From: Basidiobolus meristosporus CBS 931.73 | Lineage: Eukaryota > Fungi > Basidiobolomycota | DNA: 64,000 nt | Reading direction: 5' to 3' | Assembly (NCBI GenBank): GCA_002104905.1 | Contig: MCFE01000215.1 | Location: forward strand, 62,001-126,000 | In this document: one piece after another, positions 1-9,803 of the stretch | Layout: the number at the start of each line of letters is the position of its first letter | Numbering within the stretch: the first letter of the stretch is position 1 | Position numbers and translations under genes: made by a program | The notes under the pieces: generated by a model | What the model was told of the DNA's origin: nothing | The model's input: the letters and a program-made list of their open reading frames with translations, nothing else | Databases searched by the model: none

Positions 1-162
1 CACATGCTCTTGGGACCTTCCTTAACCTATTCTACGTGTTTGTTATGCCAAGACCATGTAAAAGTATAAATACTACTTTTACATTCAATAAATCATTAAG
101 TGAAACCACATAATCTACTTGTTCTCCCAATCACTTCCAATATCTCCAAGACTCTTACAACA
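1..162 (+). repeat. Copia A 5' LTR (partial, window edge)
   Basis: Matches the 3' half of LTR 8824-9173 and the reverse complement of the copy B LTRs; ends ACAACA; contains TATAAATA and AATAAA. Confidence 0.9.
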
Positions 163-177
163 GGTTATGAGCCCCAA
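163..177 (+). promoter_or_regulatory. Primer-binding site GGTTATGAGCCCCAA (copia/Hemivirus-type, half-tRNA-iMet priming)
   Basis: Directly abuts the LTR end; resembles the Drosophila copia PBS GGTTATGGGCCCA. Confidence 0.75.
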
Positions 178-193
178 GCTGTCACTCTCTGCA

Positions 194-3003
194 ATGTCTA
201 CTACTGCTATTACTGGAATTTTCCCTCTGCTGAAAAGTTGGATGGATCTAACTACCAAGTGTGGAAGGTGAAGATGAAGATGCTGCTACAAGAAAGAGGC
301 CTTTGGGATATTGTCATGGGAGAAGAATGCCCTCCTAAAAACGTGGGAGAGGAAGCCTTAAAGTACCAGAAGAAAGAACAAAGTGCCTTTAACTGCATTT
401 GCCTTAATGTCAAGGACAAATTGCTAATTCAATGCTCAAGAGCAAAAATGGCAAAGAATGCCTGGAAGGCATTAGAAGACACCTACCAGTCATGTTCAGC
501 TGCTAAGAAAATGTATCTGAGACAAAAATTCTTTACTACAAAGATGCTGCCAGGAGAAGAAATGAAAAATCTAATTAACAGAATTACCCTGCTGGTAGAT
601 GAGATGGAATCTGTGGGCGTACCAACTACTGATGAGGATGTGATAGTTACCATCCTGAATAGCCTGACAGACAGGTTTCAGGGCCTTGTATCAGCCCTAG
701 AGTCCAGAACTGAAGATTTGACCTTAATTACATATATGGAAGGCTCCTGGATGAAGAATTAAGAAAATCAAGCGCCAATAAGAAGGAAGAAGAAAATGCT
801 TAATAAGCAATGATAACCAACAAAGGAGGTACCCAAGACCCTACAAAGGCAACAGCAACCTGTTTTGCAACTACTGCAAAAGGAAAGGACACACATCAGA
901 CCAGTGTCTCAAAAAGAGAGATAATCAGCAAAAGAAGCCTGAATATGGAAATGCTGCAACAACTGAAGATAGACTATTCATATCTGCACTAAATATGACC
1001 ACAAACAAGGATTCTCAGACGTGGTATATTGACTCTGGAGCATCTCAACACTTTACACACCAAAAAGAACTTTTTACCCAATATCAAGAAATTCCAATTA
1101 AGAAGGTTTTCATGGGTGACAATAGAACACTTGATGCAGTGGGAGAAGGAACTATCCAAGTAAACCTTAGAAGCAGTGAAGGAAGCCATACACTGACCTT
1201 TAAAGAAGTACTCTATGTACCAGAAATAGCCAAGAACCTACTATCTGTAAGCAAGGCCACAGCAGAAGGACTCAGTTTCAGTTTTGACAATTCTGGATGC
1301 AGGATCACTGATCAAAATGGTGCTCATATTGCTTTGGGTATCAGAGATCAGAATCTATACAAGTTGACTTATATTCCATCATATCTGGAAGCCAATATAA
1401 GTAACTTAAATGAAGAAACACCAATGCTTTGGCACAGGAGATTTGGGCACATCAATTTTGATTATTTGCGTAAAATGATCAAAGATCAGCTAATTTCTGG
1501 AGTGAAAATTGAATCTCCCAGCTAATTTGGAGCACTGTGAAGCCTGCATATATGGGAAACAAGCCAGACAACCATTCAAGAGCTCTGGGTTAATCAAAAC
1601 TAAGAAAAAATTAGATCTAATTCACTCAGATCTGTGTGGACCTATGCAAAATATATCCTTAGGCAGGATGAAGTATTTAATCACTTTATTGATGATTATA
1701 CAAGATACACATGGGTCTACTTCATGGAGAGAAAGGAAAGAAGCTCTGTCTAAGTTCAGGGAGCTTAAAGCCATGGTAGAGAGAGAAACTGGTGAAAAAA
1801 TCAAGAAAATAGCTCTGACAATGGTGGAGAATATACCTCAAAACTCTTCATCCACTTCTGCAAAATTCATGAGATAAAGCAAGAGACTACTGTACCATAC
1901 TCCCCACAGCAAAATGGAGTAGCAGAACATGCTAACAGATCAACAATTGATATGGCAAGATCTATGATCCATGATCAAAATTATCCTATGATTTTCAGGC
2001 AGAATCAGTTGCCACTGCTGTATACCTTAAGAATAGGAGTTATAACAGAATACTTTGTGATTCTACTCCATTTGAAGCATGGTATGGATACAGACCAAGT
2101 GCAGAGCATCTAAGAATATTTGGGTGTACAGCATATGCCAAGAAACTGCCGGAAATCAGTCAAAATTTGAGCCAAAAAGTGTAAAATGCATATTTTTGGG
2201 TTACTGCAATGAGAGTAAGGCATACAGACTCTACAATACCAAAGCAAAGAAGCTAATCAAGTCCAGTGGATGTGTTGTTTGATGAAAATTCAAAATTTTC
2301 ACAAAAAATGACATCAGATGATGACAAAAATCTGATCTCAAGTCCACCAATTGTCAGGATTGAATCAGAGCAAAACAATGAAGATTTTTTCACTCCAGAG
2401 GACTCTACAACTGTGGTTCAGCCAGAATCAGTGCCCAGGAATATCCCAGAAGTGATCATTCCAGTATCAAATGCCCGGAGATCTAATCGGACAAGAAATA
2501 GCCCAAATTACTATATCAATGAGGGTGCAAACTTAGCCTATGCCTATTCAGTCCATATTGATGAACCCCAGACTGTAAAAGAGGCCCTAAATAGCCCTCA
2601 GACAAAGTTTTGGAGATCTGCAATGACTGAGGAATATCAGGCCCTGATGGAAAATCAAACTTGGGACTTAGTCAAATTACCAATCAACCAAAAATCAATT
2701 GGATGCAGATGGGTCTTCAAGACAAAATACAAGGCTGATGGTACAATCAAAGATACAAAGTAAGACTTGTGCCAAAGATACTCTCAAACAAAAGGACTTG
2801 ACTATACTGAGACCTTTGCACTGGTGCCAGTTTAATTCCACTGATTAATATTGGCTATTGCAGCCAAATATAAGTTTTTATTCATCAAATGGATGTAAAA
2901 ACTGCATTTTGAATGGAAAATTATGAGCATGTGTATATGGACCAGCCTGATGGTTTGCTGACCAAGATAACCTCCATTTGGTCTGAAGCAAAATAGTCTC
3001 TAT
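194..3003 (+). pseudogene. Copia A gag-pol, 5' part, frameshifted
   Basis: ORFs 100-762, 995-1525, 1509-1877 and 2266-2763 are fragments of the intact 1314-aa polyprotein of copy B, broken by 1-nt indels and CG>CA/TG changes. Confidence 0.92.
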
Positions 3004-3351
3004 TGCTGTAAGAGTCTTGGAGATATTGGAAGTGATTTGGAGAACAAGTAGATTATGTGGTTTTCACTTAATGATTTATTGAATGTAAAAGTAGTATTTA
3101 TACTTTTACCATGTCTTGGCATATACAAACACGTAGAATAGGTTAAGGAAGGTCCCAAGAACATGTGTGCAAAGTTTGGGGCTGTTTGGACAACTTTGAG
3201 AATTTACATGTTCTGGGTACCTGGTATTTTGGTGAAAATATTCTAAGTAAATCCCGACAAGGAATTTGGTCAGTATTCTCTAGGATTTGAAGGTAATGAT
3301 CTAAGTGACTAAGTTAGGTGAATATTTAGGTGGAATACAATTTTTACAACA
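3004..3351 (-). repeat. Copia B 3' LTR (about 348 bp)
   Basis: Direct repeat of 7339-7689 with a few mismatches; preceded on the minus strand by PPT AGCTGAGTGGGAG. Confidence 0.93.
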
Positions 3352-3362
3352 CTCCCACTCAG

Positions 3363-6300
3363 CTAAATGTTCATACTGACTAGTCCTAATTTTGACCTAA
3401 GATATTCAAACTTGTCTCTAGCTAATGGTTTGGTAAGTATGTCTGCAATCATTTCATCTGTAGGACAGTAAACTAAGCTAACTAAGTTATTCTCTATAGC
3501 TTCACGTATGAAATGATGTCTAATATCTATGTGCTTGGTTCTAGCATGAAAAGTTGGATTTCTACCTAATTGTATACATCCTTGATTATCTTGAAATAAA
3601 GTAATAGGCATTTTTTGACATAGGCCTAAATCTGTAAAGAGCTTTCTTAACCACATTGCTTCTTTTGTAGCTTCACAGGCTGCCATATACTCTGCCTCTG
3701 TAGTAGAAAGTGCTACGGTTGGTTGCTTTCTTGAATTCCATGAAATTGCTCCTTTACAGTAAAGAAAGGTGTATCCTGTGGTGGATCTTCTGTCTTCTAA
3801 ATTTTGTCCCCAATCAGCATCAGAGTATCCCACAAGATCCTGTTCTGAATCCTTATAAGTGTATCTTAAGCAGATATCAGCAGTTCCTTTTAGGTATCTA
3901 AAAATCCGCTTAACTGCTGCAATATGATCAGATCCATAATTCTGATTATGTTGGCTGACAACTCCCACTGAATATGAGATATCTGGACGTGTTCCAAGCA
4001 TGATATACATCAGACTGCCGACCATAGATTGATAAGGAAAGTCAGGGCTTTCAGATGGCACCAAGCTCTCTTGATTTGGTTGAGTTTTGACCAAGTTAAG
4101 GTTTGTCTCCATTGGGGTAGCTGCTGGTTTACAGTCTTCCATTTGGTACTTCTTTAGTATATCTTGAATATACTTGGATTGGCTTAGGGTGATAGTCTGG
4201 GTACTTCTGTCTATGGAGAACTTAATCCCTAAGTAGTAACTAAGTTCTCCTAGATCAGACATCTTGAACTCCTTAGATAGGCTGGATTTAGTCTCTTCCA
4301 ATGTTTCTAGGTTATTGGCGGCTATAATAAGATCATCCACATATAGAGCTAATAGAACTGGATTTGCTCTATCTGGCTTATAGTATATACTATAGTCAGC
4401 ATTACTCCTTTTGAAACTCAAAGATTCCAAATAAGAATCTATCTTGCAATTCCAGGCTCTTGGTGATTGTTTGAGACCATATAGTGACTTTTTAAGCTTG
4501 CAGACCAAATGGGGGTTATCTTGGTCAACAAACCCATCAGGCTGGTCCATATACACGTCCTCATCAAGTTCTCCATTCAAAAATGCAGTTTTTACATCCA
4601 TTTGATGAATAAAAAACTTATATTTGGCTGCAATAGCCAATATTAATCTGATGGAATTAAACTTGGCTACCAGTGCAAAGGTCTCAGTATAGTCAAGTCC
4701 TTTTGTTTGAGAGTATCCTTTGGCTACAAGTCTTGCTTTGTATCTTTCAATTGTACCATCAGCCTTGTATTTTGTCTTGAAGACCCATCTGCATCCAATT
4801 GATTTTTGGTTGATTGGTAATTTGACTAAGTCCCAAGTTTGATTTTCCATCAGGGCCTGATATTCCTCAGTCATTGCAGATCTCCAAAACTTTGTCTGAG
4901 GGCTATTTAGGGCCTCTTTTACAGTCTGGGGTTCATCAATATGGACTGAATAGGCATAGGCTAAGTTTGTACCCTCATTGATATAGTAATTTGGGCTATT
5001 TCTTGTCCGATTGGATCTCCGGGCATTTGATACTGGAATGATCACTTCTGGGATATTCCTGGGCACTGATTCTGGCTGAACCATGGTTGTAGAGTCCTCT
5101 GGAGTGAAAAAATTTTCATTGTTTTGCTCTGATTCAATCCTGACAATTGGTGGACTTGAGATCAAATTTTTGTCATCATCTGATGTCATTTTTTGTGAAA
5201 ATTTTGAATTTTCATCAAACAACACATCCCTGGACTTGATCAGCTTCTTTGCTTTGGTATTGTAGAGTCTGTATGCCTTACTCTCATTGCAGTAGCCCAA
5301 AAATATGCATTTTACACTTTTTGGCTCAAATTTTGACTGATTTCCGGCCAGTTTTTTGGCATATGCTGTACACCCAAATATTCTTAGATGTTCTGCACTT
5401 GGTCTGTATCCATACCATGCTTCAAATGGAGTAGAATCACGAAGTATTCTGTTATAACTCCTATTTTTAAGATATACAGCAGTGGCAACTGATTCCGCCC
5501 AAAAATCATAGGATAATTTTTGATCATGGATCATAGATCTTGCCATATCAATTATTGATCTGTTAGCTTGTTCTGCTACTCCATTTTGCTGTGGGGAGTA
5601 TGGTACAGTAGTCTCTTGCTTTATCCCATGAATTTTGCAGAAGTGGATGAAGAGTTTTGAGGTATATTCTCCACCATTGTCAGAGCGTATTTTCTTGATT
5701 TTTTCACCAGTTTCTCTCTCCACCATGGCTTTAAACTCCCTGAGCTTAGACAGAGCTTCTTCCTTTCTCTCCATGAAGTAGACCCATGTGTATCTTGTAT
5801 AATCATCAATAAAAGTGATTAAATACTTCATCCCGCCTAAGGATAAATTTTGCATAGGTCCACACAGATCTGAGTGAATTAGATCTAATTTTTTCTTAGT
5901 TTTGATTAACCCAGAGCTCTTGAACGGTTGTCTGGCTTGTTTCCCATATATGCAGGCTTCACAGTGCTCCAAATTAGCTGGGGGATCAATTTTCACTCCA
6001 GAAATTAGCTGATCTTTGATCATTTTACGCAAATAATCAAAATTGATGTGTCCAAATCTCCTGTGCCAAAGCATTGGTGTTTCTTCATTTAAGTTACTTA
6101 TATTGGCTTCCAGATATGATGGAATATAAGTCAACTTGTATAGATTCTGATCTCTGATGCCCAAAGCAATATGAGCACCATTTTGATCAGTGATCCTGCA
6201 TCCAGAATTGTCAAAACTGAAACTGAGTCCTTCTGCTGTGGCCTTGCTTACAGAGAGTAGGTTCTTGGCTATTTCTGGTACATAGAGTACTTCTTTAAAG

Positions 6301-7307
6301 GTCAGTGTATGGCTTCCTTCACTGCTTCTAAGGTTTACTTGGATAGTTCCTTCTCCCACTGCATCAAGTGTTCTATCGTCACCCATGAAAACCTTCTTAA
6401 TTGGAATTTCTTGATATTGGGTAAAAAGTTCTTTTTGGTGTGTAAAGTGTTGAGAAGCTCCAGAGTCAATATACCACGTCTGAGAATCCTTGTTTGTGGT
6501 CATATTTAGTGCAGATATGAATAGTCTATCTTCAGTTGTTGCAGCATTTCCATATTCAGGCTTCTTTTGCTGATAATCTCTCTTTTTGAAACACCGGTCT
6601 GATGTGTGTCCTTTCCTTTTGCAGTAGTTGCAAAATAGGTTGCTGTTGCCTTTGTAGGGTCTTGGGTACCTCCTTTGTTGGTTATCATTGCTTATTAAAG
6701 CATTTTCTTCTTCCTTCTTATTGGCGCTTGATTTTCTTAATTCTTCATCCAGGAGCCTTCCATATACGTAATTTAAGGTCAAATCTTCAGTTCTGGACTC
6801 TAGGGCTGATACAAGGCCCTGAAACTTGTCTGTCAGGCTATTCAGGATGGTAACTATCACATCCTCATCAGTAGTTGGTACGCCCACAGATTCCATCTCA
6901 TCTACCAGCAGGGTAATTCTGTTAATTAGATTTTTCATTTCTTCTCCTGGCAGCATCTTTGTAGTAAAGAATTTTCTTCTCAGATACATTTTCTTGGCAG
7001 CTGAACATGACTGGTAGGTGTCTTCTAATGCTTTCCAGGCATTCTTTGCCGTTTTTGCTCTTGAGCATTGAATTAGCAATTTGTCCTTGACATTAAGGCA
7101 AATGCAGTTAAAGGCACTTTGTTCTTTCTTCTGGTACTTTAAGGCTTCCTCTCCCACGTTTTTAGGAGGGCATTCTTCTCCCATGACAATATCCCAAAGG
7201 CCTCTTTCTTGTAGCAGCATCTTCATCTTCACCTTCCACACTTGGTAGTTAGATCCATCCAACTTTTCAGCAGAGGGAAAAATTCCAGTAATAGCAGTAG
7301 TAGACAT
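3363..7307 (-). CDS. Copia Gag-Pol polyprotein (Gag, CCHC knuckle, protease, integrase, RT, RNase H), 1314 aa from MSTTAITG
   Basis: Motifs CNYCKRKGHTSDRC, WYIDSGAS, LWHRRFGH, IHSDLCGP/FIDD/SDNGGEY/NGVAE, QMDVKTAFLNG, LYVDDL, YSDADW, EAEY, ADILTK; IN precedes RT (copia order). Confidence 0.96.
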   Translation of the reverse strand: MSTTAITGIFPSAEKLDGSNYQVWKVKMKMLLQERGLWDIVMGEECPPKNVGEEALKYQKKEQSAFNCICLNVKDKLLIQCSRAKTAKNAWKALEDTYQSCSAAKKMYLRRKFFTTKMLPGEEMKNLINRITLLVDEMESVGVPTTDEDVIVTILNSLTDKFQGLVSALESRTEDLTLNYVYGRLLDEELRKSSANKKEEENALISNDNQQRRYPRPYKGNSNLFCNYCKRKGHTSDRCFKKRDYQQKKPEYGNAATTEDRLFISALNMTTNKDSQTWYIDSGASQHFTHQKELFTQYQEIPIKKVFMGDDRTLDAVGEGTIQVNLRSSEGSHTLTFKEVLYVPEIAKNLLSVSKATAEGLSFSFDNSGCRITDQNGAHIALGIRDQNLYKLTYIPSYLEANISNLNEETPMLWHRRFGHINFDYLRKMIKDQLISGVKIDPPANLEHCEACIYGKQARQPFKSSGLIKTKKKLDLIHSDLCGPMQNLSLGGMKYLITFIDDYTRYTWVYFMERKEEALSKLREFKAMVERETGEKIKKIRSDNGGEYTSKLFIHFCKIHGIKQETTVPYSPQQNGVAEQANRSIIDMARSMIHDQKLSYDFWAESVATAVYLKNRSYNRILRDSTPFEAWYGYRPSAEHLRIFGCTAYAKKLAGNQSKFEPKSVKCIFLGYCNESKAYRLYNTKAKKLIKSRDVLFDENSKFSQKMTSDDDKNLISSPPIVRIESEQNNENFFTPEDSTTMVQPESVPRNIPEVIIPVSNARRSNRTRNSPNYYINEGTNLAYAYSVHIDEPQTVKEALNSPQTKFWRSAMTEEYQALMENQTWDLVKLPINQKSIGCRWVFKTKYKADGTIERYKARLVAKGYSQTKGLDYTETFALVAKFNSIRLILAIAAKYKFFIHQMDVKTAFLNGELDEDVYMDQPDGFVDQDNPHLVCKLKKSLYGLKQSPRAWNCKIDSYLESLSFKRSNADYSIYYKPDRANPVLLALYVDDLIIAANNLETLEETKSSLSKEFKMSDLGELSYYLGIKFSIDRSTQTITLSQSKYIQDILKKYQMEDCKPAATPMETNLNLVKTQPNQESLVPSESPDFPYQSMVGSLMYIMLGTRPDISYSVGVVSQHNQNYGSDHIAAVKRIFRYLKGTADICLRYTYKDSEQDLVGYSDADWGQNLEDRRSTTGYTFLYCKGAISWNSRKQPTVALSTTEAEYMAACEATKEAMWLRKLFTDLGLCQKMPITLFQDNQGCIQLGRNPTFHARTKHIDIRHHFIREAIENNLVSLVYCPTDEMIADILTKPLARDKFEYLRSKLGLVSMNI

Positions 7308-7338
7308 TGCAGAGAGTGACAGCTTGGGGCTCATAACC

Positions 7339-7689
7339 TGTTGTAAGAGTCTTGGAGATATTGGAAGTGATTTGGAGAACAAGTAGATTATGTGGTTTTC
7401 ACTTAATGATTTATTGAATGTAAAAGTAGTATTTATACTTTTACCATGGTCTTGGCATTACAAACACGTAGAATAGGTTAAGGAAGGTCCCAAGAACATG
7501 TGTGCAAAGTTTGGGGCTGTTTGGACAACTTTGAGAATTTACATGTTCTGGGTACCTGGTATTTTGGTGAAAATATTCTAAGTAAATCCCGACAAGGAAT
7601 TTGGTCAGTATTCTCTAGGATTTGAAGGTAATGATCTAAGTGACTAAGTTAGGGGAATATTTAGGTGGAATTACGAATTTTTTACAACA
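7339..7689 (-). repeat. Copia B 5' LTR (about 351 bp)
   Basis: Direct repeat of 3004-3351, followed on the minus strand by PBS GGTTATGAGCCC. Confidence 0.93.
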
Positions 7690-7694
7690 TCTAT

Positions 7695-8812
7695 TTGGTC
7701 TTAAACAATCACTGAGAGCCTGGAGTTGCAAGATAGATTCTTATTTGGAATCTTTGGGTGCCAAAAGGAGTAATGCTGACTATAGTATATACTATAAGCC
7801 AGATAGAGCAAACCCAGTTCTATTAGCTCTATATGTGGATGATCTTATTATTGCTACCAAATACCTAGAAACATTAGAAGAGACTAAATCCAGCCTATCT
7901 GAGAAGTTCAAGATGTCCAATCTAGGAGAGCTCAGTTACTACTTAGGGATTAAGTTCTCCATAGGCAGAAATACCCAGACTATTACCTTAAGCCAATTCA
8001 AGTATACTCAAGATATACTAAAGAAGTACCAAATGGAAGACAGTAAACTGGCAGTTACCCCAATGGAGACAAACCTTAACTTGGACAAAACTCAACCAAG
8101 TCAAGAGAGCTTGGTGCCATCTGAAAGCCCTGACTTTCCTTGTCAATCTATGATTGGCAGTCTGATGCATATCATGCTTGGAACATGTCCAGCTATCTCA
8201 TATTCAGTGGGAGTTGTCACCCAGAGTAATCAGAACTATGGATCTGATCATATTGCAGCAGTTGAGAAAATTTTTGGATACCTAAAAGGAACTGCTGATA
8301 TCTGCCTAAGATACACTTAAAATGACTCAGAACAAGACCTTGTGGGATACTCTGATGCTGATTGGGAGCAAAATTTGGAAGACAGAAGATCCACCACAGG
8401 ATACACCTTTCTTTACTGTCAAGAAGCAATTTCATGGAACTCAAGAAAGTAACCAACCATAGCACTTTCTACCACAGAGGCAGAGTATGTGGCAGCCTGT
8501 AAAGCTACAAAAGAAGCAATGTGGCTAAGAAAGCATTTTACAGACTTAGGCCTATGTCAAAAAATGCCTATTACTTTATTTCAAGATAATCAAGGATATA
8601 TACAATCAGGTAGATATCCAACTTTTCATGCTAGAACTAAGCACATAGAGATTAGACATCCTTTCATATGTGAAGCTATAGGGAATAACTTAGTTAGCTT
8701 AGTTTACTGTCCTTCAGATGAAATGATTGCTGACATATTTACCGAACCATTTGCTAGATACAAGATTGAATATCTTGGGTCAAAATTAGGACTAGTCAGT
8801 ATGAACATTTAG
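7695..8812 (+). pseudogene. Copia A RT/RNase H, 3' part, with stops
   Basis: ORFs 7640-8320 and 8489-8812 match the RT/RNH of copy B with many substitutions and internal stops. Confidence 0.9.
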
Positions 8813-8823
8813 CTGAGTGGGAG

Positions 8824-9173
8824 TGTTGTAAAAACTTGTAATTCCACCCAAATATTCACCTAACTTAGCCACTTAGATCATGATCTTCAAATCCTACAGA
8901 ATACTGACCAGATTCCTTGTTGGGATTTACTTTGAGAATTTTCATGTTCTGGGTACCTGGTATTTTGGTGAAAATATTCTAAGTTGTTCAGACAGCCCCA
9001 AACTTTGCACACATGCTCTTGGGACCTTCCTTAACCTATTCTATGTGTTTGTTATGCCAGGACAGTGTAAAAGTATAAATACTACTTTTACATTCAATAA
9101 ATCATTAAGAGAAGATCCTTATAATCTACTTGTTCTCCTAATCACTTCCAATATCTCCAAGACTCTTACAACA
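8824..9173 (+). repeat. Copia A 3' LTR
   Basis: TGTTGTA...ACAACA, preceded by PPT GCTGAGTGGGAG. Confidence 0.9.
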
Positions 9174-9282
9174 GCAACTGAGTTCTCCTAGTTCAGACAT
9201 CTTGAACTCCTTAGATTGACTGGATCCAGTCTCTTCCAATGTTTCTACATCATTGGTGGCTATAATAAGATAACCCATATAT

Positions 9283-9803
9283 TGTTATGAATAGACACAA
9301 GGCAGGAGGAAAAGCTAGGCACGGCAGGAAAGGACTTAGGTGTGGACCATCAAGGCAAGGCAGGATTCAAGGCAAGGCTGTTTATTCAAGACCTGTGTTT
9401 ATCAGACTGAGGAATACTTAAGGGGGGATAGGACTATATATACTTTTTGGCTATATTGATGCCGAGAGATGTTAGCTAATACTAATGGGGTTGTGGGGTG
9501 AGGCACAGCAATGGTGCTGGGGATAATGACATAGATGACACGGTACTGAGACAGGATGGGAAAATGGATTGGGTCACCTGATCATGTGACTAAGTCATGT
9601 GACCTGGTATTTCCATATATGGTACTGGACTATAAAAAATACGATGGAAAGCTTCCATGGAATGTTCCATTGTGTAACAATGGTTTGGAATGGTCAGGAA
9701 CTTTCTGGAAGGTGGTAGAAGGTTCCGGAAGGAATCTCTTAGAAATTGAGCTGGGAAGCTGAAACTTGGCATGGGTGTTCATGGTTGTCATGTGATCATG
9801 ACA
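9283..9803 (-). repeat. Chromovirus 3' LTR
   Basis: TG..CA ends, offset 5381 from the 5' LTR, no differences seen. Confidence 0.96.

Larger units (their letters stand above)
3004..7689 (-). mobile_element. Ty1/Copia LTR retrotransposon copy B, full length
   Basis: LTRs 3004-3351 and 7339-7689 (TG..CA), PBS 7324-7338, PPT next to 3351, 5-bp TSD TCTAT at 2999-3003 and 7690-7694, single open ORF. Confidence 0.96.
1..9173 (+). mobile_element. Ty1/Copia LTR retrotransposon copy A (degenerate; split by inverted copy B at 3004-7689)
   Basis: Partial 5' LTR 1-162, PBS 163-177, gag ATG at 194, frameshifted gag-PR-IN-RT ORFs 100-3003, RT/RNaseH resumes 7695-8812, PPT then 3' LTR 8824-9173. RT text reads continuously across the TCTAT duplication. 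Confidence 0.93.

Noticed and set aside
1-3003. Pure fold-back assembly artefact of copy B
   Set aside because: The TCTAT TSD, continuation of RT at 7695, own 3' LTR and CpG-type substitutions show a real older copy, though local sequencing errors remain possible.
9556-9772. Small ORFs repeated at 9556/14937 and 21541/27650
   Set aside because: Lie inside LTRs; the duplication is explained by the LTRs; no protein signal.
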